A stretch of 64,000 bases of DNA from Alistipes sp. (lineage in GTDB: Bacteria > Bacteroidota > Bacteroidia > Bacteroidales > Rikenellaceae), in the NCBI GenBank assembly GCA_045614285.1, contig JAZLCQ010000064.1, forward strand, positions 34,191 to 98,190, given 5' to 3'. The position numbers and the translations under genes are program-made. Each line of letters starts with the position of its first letter. Positions within the stretch are counted from its first letter, which is position 1. Of this stretch, positions 8,084 to 18,047 are shown piece by piece. The notes beneath the pieces were generated by a model, which was not told the origin of the DNA, made no database searches, and saw only the letters and a program-made list of their open reading frames with translations.

Positions 8084-10984
8084 ATGAAGAGATTTTCGTG
8101 GTTAATAGTCTTGGCGGTGGCGATGCTTGCAGTATCGTGCGGCTACCGCTACGAGTCGGTCAAGGGCGATAAGTCGGCTACCCGCATCTACACCCTCGAC
8201 AACGGCTTGAAGGTATATATGTCGGTAAACAAGGAGGAGCCTCGTTTGCAGACAATGATTGCAGTACGCGTAGGCTCAAAGAATGACCCTGCCGAGACGA
8301 CAGGTTTGGCTCACTACTTCGAGCACTTGATGTTCAAGGGCACCGACAAGTTCGGCACTCAGAACTTCGAGGCCGAGAAGCCACTCCTTGATGAGATTGA
8401 GCAATTGTTCGAGGTATACCGCACTACAACCGACGAGGCAGAGCGCAAGGTGCTCTATGCCAAGATTGACAGCGTATCGCAGGAGGCGTCAAAGTATGCT
8501 ATTCCGAACGAGTACGACAAGCTGATGCAGGCAATCGGTGCCAGCGGTACAAACGCCTGGACTTCGTTCGACGAGACCAACTACGTTGAGGATATTCCGT
8601 CGAATCAGATTGAGAACTGGGCAAAGATTCAGTCGGAGCGTTTCGCAAACGCTACAATTCGTGGTTTCCACACCGAGTTGGAGACCGTATACGAGGAGTA
8701 CAATATGGGACTCACACGCGACAGCGGTAAGCTCTTCGATAAGGTCATGGCGATGATCTTCCCTAACCACCCATACGGTACACAGACCACCATCGGTGCA
8801 CAGGAGCATTTGAAGAATCCGTCAATCACAAATATCAAGAACTACTACAAGACATACTACATGCCTAACAATATGGCAATCTGTATGGCAGGAGATTTCG
8901 ACCCCGATGAGGCTATCAAGGTTATCGACAAGTACTTCGGTTCGCTCGTTCCGAACAACAACTTGCCAAAGGTGGAGGAGTATCAGCTCACCCGCCTCAC
9001 CGAGGTTAAGGAGGCTGAGGTCTACGGCTTGGAGAGCGAGAGCGTGGCTATCGCTTGGCCTATTGAGGGTGCTCGTTCGGAGGGTGCTTTGATTGGCGAG
9101 ATTTTGAGCTCTGTACTCTCGAACGGCAGCTGCGGTCTGCTCGATACTAACCTTCTACAGTCGCAGAAGGTACTCGATGCAGGTGGCTACGTGGAGTGCT
9201 TGGCAGATGCAGGTATTGCAATGGTTGCAGGTGAGCCTAAGCAGGGTCAGACACTCGAGGAGGTGCGCGACTTGCTCTTAGCAGAGGTTGAGAAGGTACG
9301 CAATGGCGAGTTTGACGAGGCGTTGTTAAGCTCGATTATCGCAAACTACCGCAAGGGCGAGATGTCGCAGTTGGAGAACAACTTCGCCCTCGCATACAGA
9401 ATGGAGGCTGCATTTATCAACGGTCAGGAGTGGTCGGACGTTGCGACCGAGCTCGACCGCGCAGCGAAGCTCACCAAGGAGGACTTGGTAGCGTGGGCAA
9501 AGGAGAACCTTACTCTCGACGGCTACGCTGTAGTCTACAAGCGTCAGGGCGAGGATAAGTCGCAAAAGAAGATCGAGAAGCCAACCATCACCCCTATCTC
9601 GGCAAACCGTGATGCGCAGAGTGACTACCTTGTGGCTATGCAGCAGAGCGAGGTGGCACCTATCACACCGCAGTTCGTAGATTATGAGCGTGACCTCGGT
9701 CGCACAAAGTTGGACAGCGGCGTAGAGGTACTCTACAAGCGCAATGAGACGAACGAACTCTTCTCACTCATCTATCTCTACGAGTTTGGAGGTTCGACCT
9801 TCAAGTCGTTGCCTTTGGCTGCACAGTATATGGAGCTTTTGGGCACAAACGAGAAGTCGGTCGAGAAGATTCAGCGTGAGTTATACGACTTGGCTTGTAC
9901 CTTTAATATCTCGGTGGCACTCGATAAGACCTATATCGTCATCAGCGGTCTCTCGGAGAATATGGAGAAGGCGATGAAGATTGCCGAGGATTATATCGCA
10001 AATGTCCAGGGCGACGAGGAGGTATTGAGCGGCGTGAAGCTCGACGTGGAGCAGCAGCGTCTCAATGACAAGTCTTCGCAGCAGGAGTGCTTCAGCGCAT
10101 TGCAGAAGTATTGCACCTACGGCTCGGAGTACAATGAGAAGGTGAAGATGTCGACCAAGGAGCTGCGAAACATCTCGTCGGAGGAGCTTCTCTCGCAGAT
10201 TAAGGCGTTGCCAAATAGATACCACCGCGTGATGTACTACGGCCCAATGGAGTTGAACGACGTTGTAACTTCGCTCTACAAGAACCACTGCGTAAACGGA
10301 GAGTTGGAGAAGGTGGAGGCGGTAACCCTCTCGCATAACAACGTGACAAAGCCGAGCGTGCTCTTTGTTCAGTACGACGCTAAGCAGGTCTACTATATGC
10401 AGTACTCGCGCCGAGAGGAGGATAAGTTCGACGTGAAGAACTCGCCAATTTCGAACCTCTACAACAACTACTTCTCAGGCGGTATGAACTCTATCGTATT
10501 CCAGGAGATGCGCGAGGCGCGAGGTTTGGCATACTCGTCGTATGCAGGTCTCTGGAAGGGCTCAACACCTCAGGATCCATACTACTTCTACGCCTTCATC
10601 GCAACTCAGAACGACAAGATGCAGCAGGCTATCGAGGCGTTCGACGAGATTATCGAGGAGATGCCTCGCTCGGAGAAGGCTTTCGACTTGGCAAAGAGTG
10701 GTATCTTGGCAAATATGGAGAGCCAGCGCACCACCAAGGCTAACGTCTTGTGGAGCTATCTCGATTATGAGAAGTTCGGATTAAAGGAGGATGCAAACAA
10801 GACCATCTACGAGGGTGTCAAGAACTTGACTCTCGACGATGTGGTTGCATTCCAGCAGCGTATGATTAAGGGTCGCCCATATACCTATTGTATATTGGGT
10901 GATAAGAACGACCTCGATATGAACTACCTCCGTTCACTCGGAGAGGTTAAATTCCTCTCGCAGGAGGATATCTTCGGCTACTAA
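8084..10984 (+). CDS. M16 (insulinase-family) zinc peptidase, lipoprotein
   Basis: Lipobox AVSC, inverted zinc motif HYFEH, NAWTSFDET, REARGLAYS. Confidence 0.92.
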   Translation: MKRFSWLIVLAVAMLAVSCGYRYESVKGDKSATRIYTLDNGLKVYMSVNKEEPRLQTMIAVRVGSKNDPAETTGLAHYFEHLMFKGTDKFGTQNFEAEKPLLDEIEQLFEVYRTTTDEAERKVLYAKIDSVSQEASKYAIPNEYDKLMQAIGASGTNAWTSFDETNYVEDIPSNQIENWAKIQSERFANATIRGFHTELETVYEEYNMGLTRDSGKLFDKVMAMIFPNHPYGTQTTIGAQEHLKNPSITNIKNYYKTYYMPNNMAICMAGDFDPDEAIKVIDKYFGSLVPNNNLPKVEEYQLTRLTEVKEAEVYGLESESVAIAWPIEGARSEGALIGEILSSVLSNGSCGLLDTNLLQSQKVLDAGGYVECLADAGIAMVAGEPKQGQTLEEVRDLLLAEVEKVRNGEFDEALLSSIIANYRKGEMSQLENNFALAYRMEAAFINGQEWSDVATELDRAAKLTKEDLVAWAKENLTLDGYAVVYKRQGEDKSQKKIEKPTITPISANRDAQSDYLVAMQQSEVAPITPQFVDYERDLGRTKLDSGVEVLYKRNETNELFSLIYLYEFGGSTFKSLPLAAQYMELLGTNEKSVEKIQRELYDLACTFNISVALDKTYIVISGLSENMEKAMKIAEDYIANVQGDEEVLSGVKLDVEQQRLNDKSSQQECFSALQKYCTYGSEYNEKVKMSTKELRNISSEELLSQIKALPNRYHRVMYYGPMELNDVVTSLYKNHCVNGELEKVEAVTLSHNNVTKPSVLFVQYDAKQVYYMQYSRREEDKFDVKNSPISNLYNNYFSGGMNSIVFQEMREARGLAYSSYAGLWKGSTPQDPYYFYAFIATQNDKMQQAIEAFDEIIEEMPRSEKAFDLAKSGILANMESQRTTKANVLWSYLDYEKFGLKEDANKTIYEGVKNLTLDDVVAFQQRMIKGRPYTYCILGDKNDLDMNYLRSLGEVKFLSQEDIFGY

Positions 10985-10987
10985 ACT

Positions 10988-12157
10988 ATGAGACTCAAGA
11001 GATTTATAACAATCGTTATTACAGCCGTAGCGGTGGCTATGTCAACTTCGGCACAGGAGGTGATGCCTCTGCCAGGTACCGTCGTAAACCACAGCCCCGC
11101 ATCGAAGGGTAAGTACCTCGGCTCGCCGAGCATCTGCATCCTCGAGAGTGGCCGCTATGTGGTCAGCCACGACTACTTTGGCCCAAAGACCAAGGAGTTC
11201 GAGACCGCCATCACCGACATCTTCGTATCGGACGACAAGGGTGCTACTTGGCGCAAGACTGCCACTTTGAGAGGTCAGTTTTGGTCGACAATATTCTACC
11301 ACAAGGGCGATATCTACATCTTCGGCACCTGCCGTCACCACGGAAATATCGTGATTCGCAAATCGAGCGACCAGGGCGAGACTTGGAGCAACCCATACGA
11401 CGCCGAGCACGGACTTATTGTCGAGGGCGAATATCACACCGCTCCGACCCCCGTTATCGTTCACAACGGCCGCATCTGGAAGGCTTTCGAGTATGCTACA
11501 CACAAGGTGCGCAAGTGGGGACGCCGCTACTCGGCAATGGTGATTTCGGCACCTGTAAATGCCGATTTGCTCGACGCCAAGAGCTGGCGCTGCTCGAATG
11601 TACTCTACTCCGACCCTGCTTGGCTCGGTGGCGAGTTCCGCGGTTGGTTGGAGGGCAACATCGTCTACGACATCAAGAATAAGCAGTTGTTGAATATCCT
11701 CAGAGTGGGTACCGTGAAAGGTGTAGGTGAGGAGCAGTGCGCTCGCGTAACCGTATCACCTAACGGTAAGAACATCGCTTTCGACACCGAGAAGGGTTTT
11801 ATGCCATTCCCGGGCGGAGCAAAGAAGTTCACAATTCGCTACCACGAGGGTACAGGCAAATATTGGACACTGGCAAATACTACGGAGGCAGACAAGCTCG
11901 TTATTAAGAATGACAAGACCCGAAACACCTTGTCATTGTGCAGTTCTGAGGATTTAATTACGTGGAAGGTGGAGCGCACCGTTATACACCACCCCGACGT
12001 CTACTACCACGGCGTGCAGTATGTCGATTGGCAGTTCGAGGGCGACGACATTGTAGCGGTAGTACGCACAGCGTGGGATGACGAAGAGGGAAATGCTCAC
12101 AACCAGCACGACTCGAACTACATTCTCTTCCACCGCGTCGAGAATTTTGGCAAATAG
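10988..12157 (+). CDS. Secreted BNR/Asp-box (sialidase-fold) glycoside hydrolase
   Basis: Signal peptide; Asp-boxes SDDKGATW and SSDQGETW; QYVDW...HDSNY tail. Confidence 0.75.
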   Translation: MRLKRFITIVITAVAVAMSTSAQEVMPLPGTVVNHSPASKGKYLGSPSICILESGRYVVSHDYFGPKTKEFETAITDIFVSDDKGATWRKTATLRGQFWSTIFYHKGDIYIFGTCRHHGNIVIRKSSDQGETWSNPYDAEHGLIVEGEYHTAPTPVIVHNGRIWKAFEYATHKVRKWGRRYSAMVISAPVNADLLDAKSWRCSNVLYSDPAWLGGEFRGWLEGNIVYDIKNKQLLNILRVGTVKGVGEEQCARVTVSPNGKNIAFDTEKGFMPFPGGAKKFTIRYHEGTGKYWTLANTTEADKLVIKNDKTRNTLSLCSSEDLITWKVERTVIHHPDVYYHGVQYVDWQFEGDDIVAVVRTAWDDEEGNAHNQHDSNYILFHRVENFGK

Positions 12158-12188
12158 AGACACAACACTTAAATAAATAATAGGTATT

Positions 12189-14189
12189 ATGAAAAAAATC
12201 GTTTTTTTAACAATGGGAATTATTGCAATGGCTGCCACGGCTTGTCAGGGAGAGAAGGCAGAGCAGCCTTGGATCGTCGATAGATTCGACGACATCAAGA
12301 TCATCCGTTACGAGGTACCGGAGTTTGAGAATCAGTCACTCAACGACAAGATTTTGATCTACTACTTGGCTGAGTCGGCTAAGTGCGGTCGTGACATCCT
12401 CTTCGATCAGAACTTCAAGTACAACCTCACCATCCGTCGTGCTTTGGAGAAGATCTACACCACTTTCGAGGGTGACAAGGAGTCGGCTGAGTTCAAGGCT
12501 ATGGAGAAGTATTTGAAGAAGGTATGGTTGGCTAACGGTATCCACCACCACTACTCAAACGACAAGTTCCAGCCAGAGTTCTCGCGTGAGTGGTTCTCGG
12601 AGCAGTGGGACAAGTACGCTGTTGAGTCACAGGTTGAGAAGGAGACCATCTTGGAGGCTATGTTCAACCCTGCACTCTACGCTACACGCCTCAACCAGGC
12701 AGGTGATGATGTTATCACTACATCGGCAGGTAACTACTACGAGGGTGTAACTCAGGCAGAGGTAGAGAAGTTCTACAACGATATGATTAAGAAGGCCGGC
12801 AACGATCCTTGCCCAATTTCGTACGGTTTGAACTCGAAGCTCGTGAAGAAGAATGGTAAGATCTACGAGCAGACCTATAAGATTGGAGGTATGTACACCG
12901 AGGCTTTGGAGAAGATTGTTTACTGGTTGGAGAAGGCTTACGAGGTTGCTGAGGAGCCTACAAAGAGCACTATCGGCTTATTGATCAAGTACTACAAGAG
13001 CGGAGACTTGCGCGACTTCGACGCATTCAACGTTGCTTGGGTTAAGGATACTACTTCGAATGTTGACTTCGTAAACGGCTTTACTGAGGTTTATGGCGAT
13101 CCACTCGGCTACAAGGCATCGTGGGAGTCTGTTGTAAACTTCCTCGACAAGGAGGCTTGCCGTCGTACTCAGGTTATCTCGGACAACGCTCAGTGGTTCG
13201 AGGATCACTCGCCAATCAACCCTGCATACCGCAAGGAGAAGGTTAAGGGCGTATCGGCTAAGGTTATCACCGTGGCTATGCTCGGTGGCGACACCTACCC
13301 TACTACCCCAATCGGTATCAACCTTCCAAACGCAGATTGGATTCGTAAGGAGCACGGTTCGAAGTCGGTAACTATCGACAATGTAACCTACGCATACAAC
13401 AAGTCGGCTCAGGGCAACGGCTTTGCTGAGGAGTTCGTACTCCACGCAGAGGATCGTGAGCTCAGAAAGAAGTATGGTAAGATCTCTGACGACCTTCACA
13501 CCGACCTCCACGAGTGTCTCGGTCACGGTTCGGGCCAGTTGGCTCCGGGCACTACAGGTACCGAGTTGGGAGTCTACTCGTCGGCTCTCGAGGAGACTCG
13601 TGCTGACCTCTTCGCACTCTACTACCTCGGTGACGAGAAGATGGTTGAGATTGGTTTGATTCCATCGCTCGAGGTTGCTAAGGCTCAGTACTCTTCGTAC
13701 ATCATGAACGGTGCTATGACTCAGTTCGCTCGTATCGAGTTGGGTAAGAATGTTGAGCAGGCACATATGCGTAACCGCAAGCTCATCTCGGAGTGGGCAT
13801 ACGACCTCGGTAAGGAGGAGAATGTTATCGAGTGGGTTGTTAAGGATGGCAAGCGTTACATCGTAGTTAACGACTTCTTGAAGTTGCGCGCTATCTTCGG
13901 CAAGCAGCTCTGCGAGATTCAGCGTATCAAGTCGGAGGGTGACTTCGAGGCTGGTAAGGCGTTGATCGAGAAGTATGCTGTGAAGATCGATCCTGAGCTC
14001 CACAAGGAGGTTCGTGACCGCTACTACGCACTCAACATCGAGCCATACACAGGTATGGTGAACCCTGAGTACGAGTTGGTTATGGAGGGTGACAAGATTG
14101 TAGATGTAAAGATTTCGTATCCTGCAAACTACATCGAGCAGCACCTCCTCTACTCGAAGGAGTACTCATTCTTGCCAAGCATTAACTAA
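12189..14189 (+). CDS. Dipeptidyl-peptidase III (M49), lipoprotein
   Basis: HECLGH hexapeptide zinc motif, EETRAD, lipobox ATAC. Confidence 0.93.
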   Translation: MKKIVFLTMGIIAMAATACQGEKAEQPWIVDRFDDIKIIRYEVPEFENQSLNDKILIYYLAESAKCGRDILFDQNFKYNLTIRRALEKIYTTFEGDKESAEFKAMEKYLKKVWLANGIHHHYSNDKFQPEFSREWFSEQWDKYAVESQVEKETILEAMFNPALYATRLNQAGDDVITTSAGNYYEGVTQAEVEKFYNDMIKKAGNDPCPISYGLNSKLVKKNGKIYEQTYKIGGMYTEALEKIVYWLEKAYEVAEEPTKSTIGLLIKYYKSGDLRDFDAFNVAWVKDTTSNVDFVNGFTEVYGDPLGYKASWESVVNFLDKEACRRTQVISDNAQWFEDHSPINPAYRKEKVKGVSAKVITVAMLGGDTYPTTPIGINLPNADWIRKEHGSKSVTIDNVTYAYNKSAQGNGFAEEFVLHAEDRELRKKYGKISDDLHTDLHECLGHGSGQLAPGTTGTELGVYSSALEETRADLFALYYLGDEKMVEIGLIPSLEVAKAQYSSYIMNGAMTQFARIELGKNVEQAHMRNRKLISEWAYDLGKEENVIEWVVKDGKRYIVVNDFLKLRAIFGKQLCEIQRIKSEGDFEAGKALIEKYAVKIDPELHKEVRDRYYALNIEPYTGMVNPEYELVMEGDKIVDVKISYPANYIEQHLLYSKEYSFLPSIN

Positions 14190-14208
14190 TTAAGTTATAT
14201 AAGTTTAC

Positions 14209-14245
14209 AAATTAGCGGTTTGACATTTTGTCAAGCCGCTAATTT
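14209..14245 (+). terminator. Intrinsic terminator hairpin overlapping the next promoter
   Basis: AAATTAGCGGTTTGACA-TTT-TGTCAAGCCGCTAATTT. TTTG at 14227-14230 and TATATTTG at 14250-14257 (19 nt spacer). Confidence 0.7.
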
Positions 14246-14292
14246 TATTTATATTTGCGAAGATAAAACCTAAAAACAAGCGAGTTAGAACT

Positions 14293-16656
14293 ATGAGATA
14301 CCTACTTATTGCTATTGCACTGCTGATTTTCCAGAGCGGCTTTGCAGCGGATAGCACCAAGGTAAACAAGGTTAAAAAGGATAAGACCGAAAGCGTCAAG
14401 GTAGAGAATACCGAGAAGGCTGAGAAGAGCGAGAAAACTCAAAAGGCAGAGAAGACGGAGAAAGCAGAGAAAACGGAAAAGTCGGAGAAGGTAAAAAAAG
14501 GCAAAGAGAAGGATACGGTGAAGGTTGTAACACCACCAACACCTCCTGCGCCGCTCTTCACCGACGTCATTCCGCAGCCGCTCTCGCTCGTAAAGGGCGA
14601 AGGACGCTTCACAATCGATGAGCAGACCGCTATCATCTGCGACAAGGGATTGGAGAAGGCTGCCGGCTACCTCACTCAGTACATCCACCTCACCCGCACT
14701 AAGGGCAAGAAGAGTAACACAATCCGCCTCGTGCTCGACGAGAAGTTGGCTAAGGAGGAGTATTCTCTTGTAGTCAACAAGAAGGGCATCGAGATTCGTG
14801 GTGGCGAGTATGGAGGCGTTTTCAATGGTATTCAGACTCTGTTACAATTGTTGCCTCACGCAATCTACAGCAAGAGCGCACAGCTCCCGATGGATGTTTC
14901 GTACATCGAGGTCAAGGATGTTCCGCAGTACCACTACCGTGGCTTCCTACTCGACGTGGCGCGCACATTCCAACCCGTACACGAGGTTAAGCGCGTAATC
15001 GACTATATGGCCTACTGCAAGTTGAACAAGTTGCATTTCCACCTTGTCGACAACCCAGCGTGGCGCATCGAGATTAAGAAGTACCCTCACTTTGCCAAGG
15101 AGGGCGGTTTCCGTGGTGGTGACTCAAAGCTCCACCCTATCTACAGCCGTTTCAACCAGAAATATGGAGGTTACTACACACAGGAGGAGTTGCGCGACAT
15201 CGTAGCCTACGCAGCCGAGCGCAATATCGAGGTGATACCCGAGATTGATATGCCGGGCCATAGTAAGGCTTTGGGCGTGGTACACCCCGAGATTCTCTGC
15301 AACTACACACCTGACACCTCGAACTACAACGGCATCGACATTCGCAACGTATGGTGTGCAGCCAAGGAGTCGAACTATGCTCTAATCGAGGATATCATCA
15401 AGGAGTTGGTCGAAATCTTCCCATCTCAGTATATCCACATCGGTGGCGATGAGGTTAAGTTCTCGTGGTGGGAGCCTTGTCCCGATTGTCAGAAGCTGAT
15501 GAAGGAGAAGGGGCTCAAGGATGGCCCTCAGCTCGAGCAATATTTTATAAATCGAGTTTCGGACATCCTCACCAAGTACAATCGCAAGGCTGTAGTGTGG
15601 GATGAGGCTGTCGATGGCGGACTCCTGCCTAAGACAACATTGGTGACAGGCTGGCGAGGCGTTAAACGATGCCTGTCGACCACTGCGCAGGGCTATGGCA
15701 CCATCATTATGCCGAGCAGCGTATTCTACCTCGACAAGCGCCAATCTACCTACGAGCGCGGACACCGCTCATCAAAGGGTTTGAGTTTAAAGACCATTTG
15801 CGACTTCTCGTTCGACGGAGCGGGCTTCTCGACCGAGCAGCGCAGCAACATTGCCGGCATCGAGGGCGCATTCTGGAGCGAAATATACTCCATCAACATC
15901 ACCTCGGCACGCCACTTCTCGGACTATCTCGAGTATATGATTTTCCCTCGTATCTTCGCAGTATCGGAGATTGCGTGGAGCAAACAGCGTCGCTCATTCG
16001 ACGAGATGTATGCGGTATTGAAGTCGAACTTCTACTACAAGTTGCAGGCGATGAGTGCAACCTTTAGACTCGAGTCGCCTACAATCAAGATCGAAAGCGG
16101 TAAAATCTTCGCCTCGACCGAGGATGGTTCAAAGCTCTACTACACCGACATCCGTACAAACAAGACTCAAGAGTATAAGGCTCCGCTCAATGCCAATATG
16201 GCACCGTTTGTGACCTTCCAGAGCTACCTAATGACCGGTTATAGCAACCCTACGGGAGCGCCAGCCTACTACAACCAAATGCGTCCAAAGTGCACCATCA
16301 CATCGTCGATGGAGTTCAAGGGCTCGGCCGATAACTGCGCCAACTACAAGAGCGCTGCGCGAACAACACGATGCGCAAAGAAGGGTGACTGGGTGGAGTT
16401 CCGCTTTGCCTCGCCCGTGAAGTGCTCTTACATCAAGCTCGCAACGGGATATGATCACTTGCATCGTTGCCTCATCTACAAGGGACACGTGGAGGTATCA
16501 TACGACGGCGCGAAGTTCGTCAAGGCGGGTAACTTGCGAGACGGATATCTCATTATGCGCCCGAAGAACAAGCCTATCCACGCCCTGCGTATTGTGGCTG
16601 ACGGAATAAGCGATGCCGAGGATAAGGTATTTATTCAACCTTTGGTAATCAAATAG
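14293..16656 (+). CDS. Beta-N-acetylhexosaminidase (GH20) with K/E-rich N-terminal linker
   Basis: YRGFLLDVAR, HFHLVD, PEIDMPGH, catalytic HIGGDE. Confidence 0.92.
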   Translation: MRYLLIAIALLIFQSGFAADSTKVNKVKKDKTESVKVENTEKAEKSEKTQKAEKTEKAEKTEKSEKVKKGKEKDTVKVVTPPTPPAPLFTDVIPQPLSLVKGEGRFTIDEQTAIICDKGLEKAAGYLTQYIHLTRTKGKKSNTIRLVLDEKLAKEEYSLVVNKKGIEIRGGEYGGVFNGIQTLLQLLPHAIYSKSAQLPMDVSYIEVKDVPQYHYRGFLLDVARTFQPVHEVKRVIDYMAYCKLNKLHFHLVDNPAWRIEIKKYPHFAKEGGFRGGDSKLHPIYSRFNQKYGGYYTQEELRDIVAYAAERNIEVIPEIDMPGHSKALGVVHPEILCNYTPDTSNYNGIDIRNVWCAAKESNYALIEDIIKELVEIFPSQYIHIGGDEVKFSWWEPCPDCQKLMKEKGLKDGPQLEQYFINRVSDILTKYNRKAVVWDEAVDGGLLPKTTLVTGWRGVKRCLSTTAQGYGTIIMPSSVFYLDKRQSTYERGHRSSKGLSLKTICDFSFDGAGFSTEQRSNIAGIEGAFWSEIYSINITSARHFSDYLEYMIFPRIFAVSEIAWSKQRRSFDEMYAVLKSNFYYKLQAMSATFRLESPTIKIESGKIFASTEDGSKLYYTDIRTNKTQEYKAPLNANMAPFVTFQSYLMTGYSNPTGAPAYYNQMRPKCTITSSMEFKGSADNCANYKSAARTTRCAKKGDWVEFRFASPVKCSYIKLATGYDHLHRCLIYKGHVEVSYDGAKFVKAGNLRDGYLIMRPKNKPIHALRIVADGISDAEDKVFIQPLVIK
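14413..14493 (+). repeat. Degenerate 9-bp / 3-aa tandem repeat (EK[A/S/T/V]) x9
   Basis: EKAEKSEKTQKAEKTEKAEKTEKSEKV. Confidence 0.8.
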
Positions 16657-16683
16657 TTATACTACGTTATAAAACAGAAAATT

Positions 16684-17454
16684 ATGGATAAGAAATTGGA
16701 GGCAACGGCACGACTTATCGAGGTGATGGATCGCCTGCGTGTCGAGTGCCCTTGGGATAGAGAGCAGACCATCCACTCGTTGCGCAACAACACCATCGAG
16801 GAGACCTTCGAGTTGGTGGATGCCATCACCGCCGACGATATGGAGGGTATAAAGGAGGAGCTCGGAGACCTCTTCTTGCACATCGTATTCTACTCGAAGA
16901 TTGGCGAGGAGCAGGGCAAGTTCGACCTTGCGGATGTGGCAAATGGAGTGTGCGACAAGCTCATCTACCGCCACCCACACGTCTATGGCGATGTCTTGGC
17001 CGAGTCACCCGAGGAGGTAAAGCAGAACTGGGAGGCTCTCAAGCTTCGCAAGAAGGCGCGCAAGAGCGGTGTCTTAGGCGGAGTACCTCGTTCACTTCCA
17101 GCTATGGTGAAGGCATTCCGTATCAGCGAGAAGGCTGCAGCGGTAGGCTTCGATTGGGAGTCTGCAGCCGATGTTTGGGACAAGGTACGCGAGGAGATTG
17201 CCGAGATTGATGTCGAGATTGCAAACGAGAATAAGGAGAACTTGGAGGCTGAGATTGGAGACCTCTTCTTCGCCCTTATCAATGCGTGTCGCAAGAGCGG
17301 TATCGACCCCGAGAATGCGCTCGAGTTGACCAACAAGAAGTTTATCAGCCGCTTCAACCACGTCGAGAAGCGAGTTGCCGAGCAGGGCAAGATGATGAGC
17401 GAGACGCCGCTCGAGGAGCTCGAGTCATACTGGCAAGAGGCAAAACACAATTAG
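16684..17454 (+). CDS. mazG: Nucleoside triphosphate pyrophosphohydrolase
   Basis: CPWDREQT, EETFELVDAI, EELGDL, RHPHVYG; second MazG domain EIGDLFF. Confidence 0.95.
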   Translation: MDKKLEATARLIEVMDRLRVECPWDREQTIHSLRNNTIEETFELVDAITADDMEGIKEELGDLFLHIVFYSKIGEEQGKFDLADVANGVCDKLIYRHPHVYGDVLAESPEEVKQNWEALKLRKKARKSGVLGGVPRSLPAMVKAFRISEKAAAVGFDWESAADVWDKVREEIAEIDVEIANENKENLEAEIGDLFFALINACRKSGIDPENALELTNKKFISRFNHVEKRVAEQGKMMSETPLEELESYWQEAKHN

Positions 17455-17480
17455 AAATTGATTAAAAAAATGCAAAAGTT

Positions 17481-18008
17481 ATGGCATATATAAAGTCTGT
17501 AAGAGGTAAGACCCCCGAGGTTGGCGAGGGTACATTTGTGGCAGAGACCGCAGTTTTGATTGGTGATGTGAAGGTAGGTAAGGACTCATCGCTATGGTAT
17601 AACGTAGTATTGCGCGGTGACGTGAACTCAATTACCATCGGCAACCGCACAAACATCCAGGATGGCACCGTTATTCACACGCTCTACGACAAGTCGCCAA
17701 ATCCGTCGCAGACCCACATCGGCAACGATGTATCGGTGGGTCACAACGCGACAATCCACGGTGCAATCATCGAGGATAATTGTCTTATCGGTATGGGTGC
17801 AACAATTCTCGATAACGCAGTCGTAGCATCGGGCTGTATCATCGCAGCAAACGCGTTGGTATTGTCGAACTCGAAGTTGGAGCCAAACTCGGTTTACGCA
17901 GGTGTTCCGGCCAAGAAGGTGAAGGAGGTAACCCCAGAGCAACGTCAAAACATCATCCAGCGCATCGCCAACGACTACCGCCTCTACGCTTCGTGGTACG
18001 AGGAGTAG
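17481..18008 (+). CDS. Gamma carbonic anhydrase family (hexapeptide repeat) protein
   Basis: VLRGDVNSITIG, NIQDGTVIH, VGHNATIHG. Confidence 0.92.
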   Translation: MAYIKSVRGKTPEVGEGTFVAETAVLIGDVKVGKDSSLWYNVVLRGDVNSITIGNRTNIQDGTVIHTLYDKSPNPSQTHIGNDVSVGHNATIHGAIIEDNCLIGMGATILDNAVVASGCIIAANALVLSNSKLEPNSVYAGVPAKKVKEVTPEQRQNIIQRIANDYRLYASWYEE

Positions 18009-18047
18009 ACGAAAGATAAATAATTTTGAATTCTGCATTTTGAATTG

